Below are positions 1 through 8,833 of a DNA stretch of 64,000 nucleotides, piece after piece (position 1 is the stretch's first letter; every line of letters starts with the position of its first letter). The notes under the pieces were generated by a model, which ran no database searches, was not told where the DNA came from, and saw only the letters and a program-made list of their open reading frames with translations. The translations under genes and the position numbers were made by a program. This DNA comes from an uncultured Candidatus Micrarchaeota archaeon (GTDB lineage: Archaea > Micrarchaeota > Micrarchaeia > Micrarchaeales > Micrarchaeaceae), in contig CAVUGN010000005.1 of assembly GCA_963741095.1 (NCBI GenBank), forward strand, positions 64,001-128,000. The letters are read 5' to 3'.

Positions 1-2
1 AC

Positions 3-68
3 GGCAAGACAGCCGCGGATTACGCCTACAGGTATGATATAAGGAAGATGCTCCAAGAAGCAGCATAA
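3..68 (+). CDS. 3' end of an ankyrin-repeat protein (partial, runs off window start)
   Basis: Translates GKTAADYAYRYDIRKMLQEAA*, matching the C-terminal GxTAADYA...I.KLL..AA cap of the other ankyrin proteins in this window. Confidence 0.75.
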   Translation, partial: GKTAADYAYRYDIRKMLQEAA

Positions 69-234
69 ACAGAGATCAGTTTCGTCTTGCATGCCCGTCG
101 TCATATCAATTTTCTCTGGAGGTTCTTGGAAGCGGCCAAACGCCTAGAATAAGGCGATTTCGTCGATCAACGGAGGTGGACTTCGTATATAAATATCTCG
201 GAAATTAAAATATGATATAGAATAAAGCGATACT

Positions 235-1587
235 ATGGCATACGATAGCTTTGACAAGATCGAGGATGCAGTTGACGTCGCGACGAGGGGCTTCTACCAC
301 ACGACTCCGGTAATAAATTACTCGGACGCCAGGAACAACACGTTGGACCTGGGATTGAGGGAGTTCTACATCCTTGGAGCGGTGAGCGGCTGCAACATGC
401 TGGTCACCGGAGGAACGGGCATAGGCAAGACCGTGTTCTCAGAGGCATTCTTGAATGCGATGTACGGGATAGACTGGGCCTACCTGCAGGTCGACGCAAG
501 CCTTGACATGAACAAGCTTAGGAACATAGATTTCGAAACGATAAGGAACGGCTCGGGCACGCTGGCCGATGCGGTGAAAGAGACGAAATTCCTCACCGCT
601 TCTGCGGTGCTTGTGGATGAGTTCAACAGGGCCATACCGGAACAGACCTCGATACTGCACGGATGGCTGACCAACGGCGCTGTCGGGCTTGAGGGGGGCA
701 AGACGTTCAACACGGGCAAAGAGGTTAATGGAGGCGGCAGGTACCAGTTCAAGATCGCAACAATAAACGAGGGCAGCGGGTACACCGGAACGAAGCAGCT
801 TGATATGGCTGCGCGTGCAAGGTTCGCGGTGGAGCTGAACCTTGACATATTCCAGCAGAGCGACGTCGACGCAAGGGCGATGCTGATGGACACGAACAAG
901 TTCGCGCCTCCAGAGGCAGGCATCGGAGCGGGGGTGGCCAAGGAGGTCTTCCAGCTTCACGTAGATGCCAGGAGATTGCCGCTTGACACGATCGTGGAGG
1001 AGCTCTTCGTCTACATGACCAAGATGAACAACTGCATAAGGTCGCCGGAGGGCACCAAGATGAGCATAGAGACCTTCAACGAGCAGTACTGCTCTGGCTG
1101 CCATGCTAATGCGCAGTACCACGAGGCGTGCGCGAACTTCCATGCGCCGTCGCCAAGAGTGCTCCGCGACCTGATGGCGTTCTCGAAGGCGTTTGCGGCC
1201 TACAGGATGCACAAGCTGCCAAACACGCCGAACACGGTGACGCTTGACGATGTGAACGCTGTGGGCTCTTTCGTGGTCACCGCAGAGAAGCTCGGCATAA
1301 ACAGGGGCTGGGTGCACCAGTTCGCCGAGGACAGCGGCTACAACGCCACGAAAGAGGCGCTGAAGCTGATAAGCCTGAAGTTCGTCGTGGACAGCAAGGC
1401 GATGATACCATTCATAGACAGCGAGGCGCGGGGCACAAAGCTTGGCAAGGATGACGTGCAGAAACTGGGCACTATACTCAGGGGAAGCCCGTGGGCGGCA
1501 AGGAACAGGGATGAACTAAGAACCCTGTACAACGAGACCAAGACCGCGACCGAGGCGCAGAAGGCCAGCAAGTCGAAGAGTTCATAA
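235..1587 (+). CDS. MoxR-like AAA+ ATPase with Cys-rich insert
   Basis: Walker A GGTGIGKT, Walker B VLVDEFNR, ATIN and LDxAxRARF motifs; C-x-CxxC-x-C cluster; upstream of a vWA gene. Confidence 0.85.
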   Translation: MAYDSFDKIEDAVDVATRGFYHTTPVINYSDARNNTLDLGLREFYILGAVSGCNMLVTGGTGIGKTVFSEAFLNAMYGIDWAYLQVDASLDMNKLRNIDFETIRNGSGTLADAVKETKFLTASAVLVDEFNRAIPEQTSILHGWLTNGAVGLEGGKTFNTGKEVNGGGRYQFKIATINEGSGYTGTKQLDMAARARFAVELNLDIFQQSDVDARAMLMDTNKFAPPEAGIGAGVAKEVFQLHVDARRLPLDTIVEELFVYMTKMNNCIRSPEGTKMSIETFNEQYCSGCHANAQYHEACANFHAPSPRVLRDLMAFSKAFAAYRMHKLPNTPNTVTLDDVNAVGSFVVTAEKLGINRGWVHQFAEDSGYNATKEALKLISLKFVVDSKAMIPFIDSEARGTKLGKDDVQKLGTILRGSPWAARNRDELRTLYNETKTATEAQKASKSKSS

Positions 1588-1604
1588 AGATGGAATAGCC
1601 GCCG

Positions 1605-3530
1605 GTGCACATCATGATCGACAAAAACTACATGAGGGACGAGGTGCAGAGCCTGCTCCACCGCGAGAGGTGGGACACGGTCTACAAGCTCACGGTCGAT
1701 CGCGAGAAGGAGATGAAGCAGCTCTTCACCGGGATGATGAACAGCGACACCTGGGAGCTCAAGATAGTGCTGGACGAGAAGTTCGAGAGCAAGGAGGCGG
1801 AGGTGCTCGCAAAGACGAAGCTTCAGGTGGACGAACCTTATCAAAAGCTCGCGAGGGCGCTCGCAAGGCACGAGCTCGGCCACTGGATGCACTGCCCGTT
1901 GGATGCCTCTTATGTGCCGCTGCTGTTCGATGCGGTGAGCAACGGCCTGAAGGAGGCATCGTTCGACGAGAGCGAGATAGCGCAGAGCGCGCCGTACGTC
2001 ATGAACATGTTCAGCGACACGCTGGTCAACATGCTCGAGGGCAAGGATTCCGAGTATTCTGAGGGCCAGACGACCATCTACAACACGTTCTTCTACACGG
2101 GCATGGACCGTTCGGGGCACGTTCCGGAGTATTTCAGCATGTTCGTTGACACCTGGATGAATTTCATAGGCAAGAGCAAAGTGGAGAGAAACCTTGTCAA
2201 GGACTTTGCCGGCGATTACAAGAAGGTTGAGGCGGTCAGCAGGGAGCTGCTCGAGAGCATCATGGGCAAGACGCTGGCGGAGCGGACAATCTCCAACAGC
2301 CTCAACGAGGTGGAGAGGGAGCAGGTGCGCGACACGCTCAGGGACACCTCGAAGTGGCACAAGATGGCCCAGGATTACGCCAGGATCATGGCGCCCTACG
2401 TCAAGGACGAGGCCAAGGACATGGAGGGCAGGATCTCGCTGACGCCCATGATAGGCAAGATGATGGAGGGCGAGGGCAGGAAGCAGATGATAAAGAAGCT
2501 GCTTGAGGGCAAGGGCAAGGAGGACCAGAACAAGGACAAGAGCCAGGTTCAGCCAGGCCCAGGCCCGGAGCAGAATGGCGATTACGACCGCGCCAGGAGG
2601 ATGATAAACAAGGCGAAGCGCCACCTGGACGACCCGGTCATGGACAACTTCCAGAAGTACGAGGTGTTTGACGAGGCTTACAAGATGGCGGCCGGGGAGA
2701 TAGTGCTCAAGTTCATAAAGCCGGAGGGCGTGGACGAAGCAGCGTTCCCGATGTTCTACACGAAGACGACCCTCACGGAAAAGCTGCCCGGCAACACCAA
2801 CAACATAGACTGGGGCAGGACCATGATAGTCAATGACAGCAAGATGCTGCTTTCGAGGAAGGAGAACCCGTTCACCATAAGCGGGGGCATGAACGGCCCC
2901 GGCAGCTTCGAGGACATAGTCTTCATTGTGGACAACTCGGGCAGCATGGGCTGGGAGGGAAGAGCCTTCGACGACAGCAAGTACGACATGGCGCTCAGGG
3001 CGATCTATTCGTCATTGAACTATCTTGAGAAGTGCGGCAAGGCGCCCTACATAAGGTACGGGGTGCTGCAGTTCGGTTGGAGGGACAGGACCACCTGGAG
3101 CGGCTGGGTCGGCTACAACGAACTGGACACGTTCAAGAGCCAGCTGTTCGAGAAGTACCAGAACAGCGGCGAGACCGTACTGGATCCCGGCAAGGTCAGC
3201 AAGACGAACGAGGACACCAGGCGCCACTTCCTGGGCATAATGGTCAGCGATGGCGAGCTCCACAACGCGCCGGAGGCGGCCGCTGCGGTGAACAGGGTCA
3301 TCGGCAACAACAACGACTTCATACTTCTTCAGATACAGCAGGATGCAAACGACTTCTCGAGGAGCATAGCGAGGGCCGGCGCGACGATAGTCAAGGTGGA
3401 CGAGCCGAAGGACCTCGTGGGCCTTACCCTCACGGTGGTAAAGAACACCTACGCTCCGGAGAACTTCAGCCTGACGATGCTCAGGCAGGATTCCACGTCT
3501 GCGCAGCAGACAAGGAGCAAGTCGTTCTGA
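1605..3530 (+). CDS. vWA-domain protein with N-terminal HExxH metallopeptidase-like domain
   Basis: RHELGH motif; MIDAS IVDNSGSM and VSDGE; operon position after MoxR ATPase; start may be ATG 1614. Confidence 0.8.
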   Translation: MHIMIDKNYMRDEVQSLLHRERWDTVYKLTVDREKEMKQLFTGMMNSDTWELKIVLDEKFESKEAEVLAKTKLQVDEPYQKLARALARHELGHWMHCPLDASYVPLLFDAVSNGLKEASFDESEIAQSAPYVMNMFSDTLVNMLEGKDSEYSEGQTTIYNTFFYTGMDRSGHVPEYFSMFVDTWMNFIGKSKVERNLVKDFAGDYKKVEAVSRELLESIMGKTLAERTISNSLNEVEREQVRDTLRDTSKWHKMAQDYARIMAPYVKDEAKDMEGRISLTPMIGKMMEGEGRKQMIKKLLEGKGKEDQNKDKSQVQPGPGPEQNGDYDRARRMINKAKRHLDDPVMDNFQKYEVFDEAYKMAAGEIVLKFIKPEGVDEAAFPMFYTKTTLTEKLPGNTNNIDWGRTMIVNDSKMLLSRKENPFTISGGMNGPGSFEDIVFIVDNSGSMGWEGRAFDDSKYDMALRAIYSSLNYLEKCGKAPYIRYGVLQFGWRDRTTWSGWVGYNELDTFKSQLFEKYQNSGETVLDPGKVSKTNEDTRRHFLGIMVSDGELHNAPEAAAAVNRVIGNNNDFILLQIQQDANDFSRSIARAGATIVKVDEPKDLVGLTLTVVKNTYAPENFSLTMLRQDSTSAQQTRSKSF

Positions 3531-3542
3531 GCGCGTGGTTCG

Positions 3543-4295
3543 ATGGACGCCGAGAAGGGTAACCAGAAGGCGAACGATGGGAGGATGACACCCCAGATAG
3601 CGGACGCGCTGAGGGCTTTTGTCGATAAAGCGGCACCGGCACAAGAAGACCTGGTGGTGGCCGTCAATGAAACCAAAAAGCAGCCAGAACCGGTTAGCGC
3701 CCTAGGGCGAGATGACCCAAGGCAAGGCAAACAGCCGTTGATTGAAGCGGCGGAGGCATACCCTCCGAAAACAAGGGAATTCAGAGAGCTGTTGAAAGAC
3801 GGCTTCTGGAATGTAAACGCTCAGGATAATGACGGCAAGACCGCGCTGATGGCTGTAGCAGATAACGCCAGCATGGGTAGGGAGTATAGGAAGTTTGCCG
3901 AGATGCTGATACGCCATGGTGCGATCGTGGACATGAGGGATAATCTTGGACAGACCGCGCTGATGTACGCTTCGTGGCGCGACAATGTAGGTATGGCCAA
4001 GATGCTTATACAAAGCGGTGCGGATGTAAATTTGGCGGATAATGAGGGCGAGACTGCGTTGATGCATGCTGCCAACCGCGACATCGAGATTGCCAAGATG
4101 CTGATACGAAGCGGCGCGATTGTGGACACCAAGGACAAAAAGGGCCAGACGGCGCTGATGTGGGCTTCAGGAAAAGAACAAACTGAGATTGTTGAAATGC
4201 TGCTGAAGAGCGGCGCAGATGAGAGTTTGAGGGATATTTTCGGGTACACTGCTGCAACTTACTCAAACAAAAGCATTAGGGAAATCCCTTTATGA
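3543..4295 (+). CDS. Ankyrin-repeat protein with GRMTP..ALRAFV leader
   Basis: Repeated GxTALMxA...L(I/L)xxGAxVD/N units. Confidence 0.9.
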   Translation: MDAEKGNQKANDGRMTPQIADALRAFVDKAAPAQEDLVVAVNETKKQPEPVSALGRDDPRQGKQPLIEAAEAYPPKTREFRELLKDGFWNVNAQDNDGKTALMAVADNASMGREYRKFAEMLIRHGAIVDMRDNLGQTALMYASWRDNVGMAKMLIQSGADVNLADNEGETALMHAANRDIEIAKMLIRSGAIVDTKDKKGQTALMWASGKEQTEIVEMLLKSGADESLRDIFGYTAATYSNKSIREIPL

Positions 4296-4590
4296 GAAGC
4301 TTCTTGAAGGCGGAGTTTGTAGAAAAGGCTTTTAAGCGTATCCCAGCAAACTGCTTACCATGGAAGGATCGGCGCAGTGCAGGCATTCTCTAAAATATCT
4401 GTTAGCTTCCCCTCTAACCTTAGGGAGCAACGGCACTCTAGTCGCCATGGGGTCTTGCGTTTTGCGCTAATTGTAGAGTCCTTCTCGTTAATCGGTTTGA
4501 TGTTGTAACTTGTTCCTGCGTGGAGCATCGCCGCTTTGCGGCCAGTCTCTCCATAGCTAGTCCTTGCAATCATGCTTTAGAAGTGGTTAG

Positions 4591-5736
4591 ATGCAAATAA
4601 CAATCTTTGACACGACGCTGAGGGACGGAGCGCAGAGCCCGGGAGTGGCGCTAAGGACGGCTGACATGGTTGAGGTCGCCAGATCCGTGGATGGGCTGGG
4701 GGTGAATGTCATCGAGGCGGGGTTCGCGGTGACATCGCCTGGCGAGCGGGAGGGCATGAAGATGATAGCGAACGCCGGACTGAAGGCTGAGATCTGCGGC
4801 CTTGCGCGCGCCGACAAGGGCGACATCGATGCAGTGAGGGAGACGGGTATAAAATATGTGCACCTCTTCATCGGCACATCCGAAACGCACCTCAGGGACA
4901 AGCTTAGGATGACGCAGGGCGAGGCGCTGCAGAAGGCGGAGGGCGCGGTGGGCTACGCCAAATCCATGGGCATGAAAGTGGAGTTCTCGGCCGAGGATGC
5001 GACGGACACCGAGATGGGCTTCCTGAAGGAGGTCTACAGGGCAGTTGCAAGGGCGGGTGCCGACAGGATCAACATACCCGACACGCTCGGACGCGCCACG
5101 CCCAGGCAGATGGCGCGCACAATCCGCGAGATGATGTCCGTTGTGGACCTGCCGATAAGCGCTCACTGCCACGACGATTTCGGGCTTGCCGTAGCCAACT
5201 CGATCGCAGCAATAGAGGCCGGGGCGCAGTGCGTGCACGTCACGATCAACGGAGTTGGAGAAAGAGCGGGAAACGCCGCGCTTGAAGAGGTTGTCGGGAT
5301 CATAAAGCACCTCTCACTGGATGGGGAGTACAGCACCAGCGTCGACCTCAAGGGAGTGTACGAGACATCGCGGCTGGTTTCTTCGCTTTTCGGCATGCCG
5401 GTGCAGCCGAACAAGGCGATAGTGGGCGGCAACGCCTTCGCGCACGAGTCCGGGATACACACGCACGGCATACTGAGGAATCCGAAGACATACCAATACG
5501 TGAGCCCGGACAATTTCGGGAGGACGACCACGATAGTCAACGGCAAGCATTCCGGGGTCCACGGCGTGCAGGCCACTCTCGCGAAGTACGGGATCGAAGC
5601 TCCAAGGGAGAATCTCCTCGAGATTGTGGAGATGATAAAGAGGGCCGGCGACGAGGGCAAGCAGGTCAGCGATGCGGATGTGGTGGCTATGGCAAGGAGA
5701 GTCGAAAGGAGGATGGAGGAGGCGCTGGAGAATTAG
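4591..5736 (+). CDS. 2-isopropylmalate/homocitrate/citramalate synthase family (DRE-TIM), no regulatory domain
   Basis: DTTLRDGAQ, HCHDDFGLAVAN, GERAGNA, HESGIH motifs; substrate not determinable. Confidence 0.9.
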   Translation: MQITIFDTTLRDGAQSPGVALRTADMVEVARSVDGLGVNVIEAGFAVTSPGEREGMKMIANAGLKAEICGLARADKGDIDAVRETGIKYVHLFIGTSETHLRDKLRMTQGEALQKAEGAVGYAKSMGMKVEFSAEDATDTEMGFLKEVYRAVARAGADRINIPDTLGRATPRQMARTIREMMSVVDLPISAHCHDDFGLAVANSIAAIEAGAQCVHVTINGVGERAGNAALEEVVGIIKHLSLDGEYSTSVDLKGVYETSRLVSSLFGMPVQPNKAIVGGNAFAHESGIHTHGILRNPKTYQYVSPDNFGRTTTIVNGKHSGVHGVQATLAKYGIEAPRENLLEIVEMIKRAGDEGKQVSDADVVAMARRVERRMEEALEN

Positions 5737-5737
5737 C

Positions 5738-6997
5738 TCAGGTGCCGCCCTCCCAGCTCGTGAGGTAGCTCTCCTGCTCGTCCGTCAGGCTGTCTATCTT
5801 TATCCCCATCGCGTCCAGCTGGAGCTGCGCTATCCTCGCGTCGGCTTCCGGCGGCAGTGTCAGCACCGCAGGCTTCATCTTGCCCCTGTTGGCGCAGATG
5901 TACTCGCACGCAAGGACCTGGCCGCAGAAGCTCGTTGCCATGACCTCGCTGGGATGGCCTTCCGCAGCGGCAAGGTTGACCAGTCTTCCCTCTGCGCAGA
6001 GGTAGATCCTCTTTCCATCAACATCATACTCTTCCAACGAATCTCTTACCCGGCGCTTGGAAAACTTCTCGTTCATCCCAGCAACGTCGATCTCCACGTC
6101 GAAGTGGCCGGAGTTGGCGATTATCGCGCCGTCCTTCATTCTTGCGACGTGTTCAACTCTTATTATGTTCTTGTCCCCGGTTGCCGTGACGAAGATGTCG
6201 CCAAGCATCGCGGCCTCTGCCATCGGCATGACCCTGAAACCGTCCAACGCGGCCTGCAGCGCCTTGAAGTGGTCGACCTCCGTGACTATGACGTTCGCGC
6301 CCATGCCCTTCGCCCTCATCGCAAGGCCCTTGCCGCATGAGCCGTAACCGGCCACAACGAACTCCTTGCCCGCGATGAGCACGTTCGTCGCCCTCAGAAC
6401 GCCATCTATGCTTGATTGCCCTGTGCCATAGTAGTTGTCAAGAAGGTGCTTTGTCTGGTTGTCGTTCACCGCGATCACGGGGTACTTGAGCTTGCCCGCC
6501 TTCGCCATCGCCCTGAGCCTTATCACCCCGGTTGTGGTCTCCTCGCAGCCGCCCAGCATCTCCTTCAGGAGTTCCGGGTGCTTCTCATGTATCCTGGTCA
6601 CGAGGTCGCAGCCGTCGTCTATCGTCAGGTTCGGCTTCGACTCTATGACGCTGTCTATGAACTTGTAGTAATCCTCGACGCTCTCGCCCTTGTAGCCGAA
6701 GACGTGTATGCCCTCCTTCGCGAGCTGCGCGGCGACGTCGTCCTGGGTTGAAAGAGGATTGCAGCTGGCGATCGCGACGCTGGCGCCGCCGGCCATCAGC
6801 GTCCTGACCAGCACCGCGGTCTCCTTCGTGAGATGAAGCGCCATGCCTATCCTGACGCCCTTGAAGGGCAGGCTCTTCTTGAGCTGCTCCCTTATCTTGA
6901 TGAGCGCGGGCATGCGCATCTCCGCAAGCTCTATATTGAGCAGGCCCTTCTTCGCGAGGGCCATGTCCTTTACCGCGTACGTTGATGACTTGTCCAT
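5738..6997 (-). CDS. ahcY: Adenosylhomocysteinase
   Basis: SCNPLSTQD, EETTTG, DNYYGTGQS, GRLVNL, GHPSEVM motifs. Confidence 0.97.
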   Translation of the reverse strand: MDKSSTYAVKDMALAKKGLLNIELAEMRMPALIKIREQLKKSLPFKGVRIGMALHLTKETAVLVRTLMAGGASVAIASCNPLSTQDDVAAQLAKEGIHVFGYKGESVEDYYKFIDSVIESKPNLTIDDGCDLVTRIHEKHPELLKEMLGGCEETTTGVIRLRAMAKAGKLKYPVIAVNDNQTKHLLDNYYGTGQSSIDGVLRATNVLIAGKEFVVAGYGSCGKGLAMRAKGMGANVIVTEVDHFKALQAALDGFRVMPMAEAAMLGDIFVTATGDKNIIRVEHVARMKDGAIIANSGHFDVEIDVAGMNEKFSKRRVRDSLEEYDVDGKRIYLCAEGRLVNLAAAEGHPSEVMATSFCGQVLACEYICANRGKMKPAVLTLPPEADARIAQLQLDAMGIKIDSLTDEQESYLTSWEGGT

Positions 6998-7077
6998 GAG
7001 ATCACTTTTTGTCTAAATGCAATATGCCGAAGCCCATGCCTGCAGCGCCTGCAATCGCTCCGCTGCAGAAGGCGGGG

Positions 7078-8124
7078 CTATGCCGCTTTGGCCGTGAATG
7101 CCGCAATCTGCGAATAGATCGTGGCGCTTGTGCCGGTCCCTCCAGACTGCGTGCAGCTTCCCTTGCCTCCGACAACACCGGTTCCGGTCGTCGTGTAGTA
7201 GCACACCCAGATGTTGCCGGCTAGTGCGCTGCCGACAGGAACGCTGCCGCTGGCCGGGAACGTGACCGTTTCCTTCCCGCCAGTGGCGAGGGATCCGGTC
7301 ATCGCATAGAACTTGATGTTCGGCGCGCCGTTTGATGCCAGGCTTGTGCCGTTTGCCGCATACGCGACTCCCCAGCCGGTCCAGTTCGCGCCGGTGCTCT
7401 GCCCTATGGTTACGGTCAGTTGGCCGGTCGAGTTTGAGTACAGCATGTTGGAGCAGTAGTATCCCGCCTTTGCTACGCAGGTGGAGGCAAGAGAGGTGAG
7501 GATCGACTTGCCGAACGCACCGATGCCGAACAATGCGACCAGGCCGAAGGCCAGCACATCAGCCACTATGCCGATCAGCACAGCCGAGCCGATTATGATT
7601 ACGAAGGCCGCAAGCCTGCTTGTGCCGTGCATCTTCGCAATGGCGATTATCTCGATGATGAGGGACCATATCCCCAGGATGGCCAGTATCAGCGTCCCGA
7701 GAATAGGCACCAGTAGCAGCCAGAAGAAGAGCATCACGCTGCACGACGCATATACTATCGCGGAGAAGGTGTCATCGTATTTTCCCTTGAACGCCTTGAA
7801 GAGATTGCCGCCAATTGCCTGCAGTATGGCTGCGTTTATCAGGAGGCTTATTGGCTCTATCACCAGGAATAACAGCAGCACCAGCCCCATTATCGAAAAG
7901 ATCGAAAGGGATGAGAGGGCGCGCATGCCCGCCAGCGACATGATATCCCCAAGTAAAGAGCTCCCGATGTAAACCAGGACCAACGATATTATCATGGGTA
8001 TGAATACGAGCTTGTAGTAGTACTTCAGCGAATCTCCGACGCTCCTGCTCTTTGCGGCGCTGCTCGGGTGCAGCATCACGTTAAGCTGCTCCTTTATCTC
8101 GTCAATGAAGATCATCTCATGCAC
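7078..8124 (-). CDS. Yip1-like multi-pass membrane protein fused to extracellular pilin-like beta domain
   Basis: ~5-6 hydrophobic segments, then C-x4-GYYC...IGQ...W...GNIWVCY domain shared with neighbouring pilin-like proteins. Confidence 0.65.
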   Translation of the reverse strand: MHEMIFIDEIKEQLNVMLHPSSAAKSRSVGDSLKYYYKLVFIPMIISLVLVYIGSSLLGDIMSLAGMRALSSLSIFSIMGLVLLLFLVIEPISLLINAAILQAIGGNLFKAFKGKYDDTFSAIVYASCSVMLFFWLLLVPILGTLILAILGIWSLIIEIIAIAKMHGTSRLAAFVIIIGSAVLIGIVADVLAFGLVALFGIGAFGKSILTSLASTCVAKAGYYCSNMLYSNSTGQLTVTIGQSTGANWTGWGVAYAANGTSLASNGAPNIKFYAMTGSLATGGKETVTFPASGSVPVGSALAGNIWVCYYTTTGTGVVGGKGSCTQSGGTGTSATIYSQIAAFTAKAA

Positions 8125-8172
8125 CAGGGATAACTTCCAAGTAAGAATTTAAATAATGTTGCAAGCGGCGGA

Positions 8173-8715
8173 TCAGCTCGAGGTGGTTGCGACCGCGTTG
8201 AACTTTGCAATCTCGGTGAGCGCGTTCGTGGTCGTCGGGGTGGAGTACATGGCCCATACGCTGCCGGTCAGCTTGGTCTGGATCTTTATCGACTGCGTAG
8301 TTGCGCCGGGAAAATTGGGGTTTATGTACATCTGCACTGTCGCGGTCTGCCCTGATGTCAGAGACGAGATGAAGTAGGCGTGGCCCCACAGGCCGCCCCA
8401 GTACCCTATGCTGTTCGTCGAGCTATAATCGGATATGCTGGTGCCCGACAGCATCTGGCCCTGAGGCACTACGACAAACCAGACGTTTGACCAGGGTGTT
8501 GGCGATGTGACGCCTGCACCGAGGATTATGCTGGGGTCGCTGTACGCGTTGTTCACGTTCGCGCTTAACACGAGGTTATTGCAGAGGAAGCCCACATCGG
8601 CTATGCAGGTGCTTGTTGTGAAGTTGGTGCCGTTGAAGACGCCCAAGGAATAGAATGCGCCCAGGACCACCGCGAGTATCAGTATGGCCCAGCCGTAGGT
8701 CATCAGGTATTCCAT
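8173..8715 (-). CDS. Archaeal type IV pilin-like protein (start region apparently disrupted)
   Basis: In-frame upstream RAQSA followed by MEYLMTYGWAILI, a class III signal peptide pattern; no in-frame ATG/GTG/TTG upstream of RAQSA. Confidence 0.75.
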   Translation of the reverse strand: MEYLMTYGWAILILAVVLGAFYSLGVFNGTNFTTSTCIADVGFLCNNLVLSANVNNAYSDPSIILGAGVTSPTPWSNVWFVVVPQGQMLSGTSISDYSSTNSIGYWGGLWGHAYFISSLTSGQTATVQMYINPNFPGATTQSIKIQTKLTGSVWAMYSTPTTTNALTEIAKFNAVATTSS

Positions 8716-8833
8716 CGCGGACTGGGCTCTCGTGAGCCTGGTGTCGGATGTCTGGTCGAGCTTGGCACCGGCATCGCATGCGCAAACTTTATGGGTTCTG
8801 ATAACATCACTGAATCTTCATACCCGTATCGCT

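Noticed and set aside
439-2624. Long antisense ORFs (439-1317, 1338-2624; also 39914-41146, 43749-44978)
   Set aside because: Shadows of GC-rich real genes with no motifs
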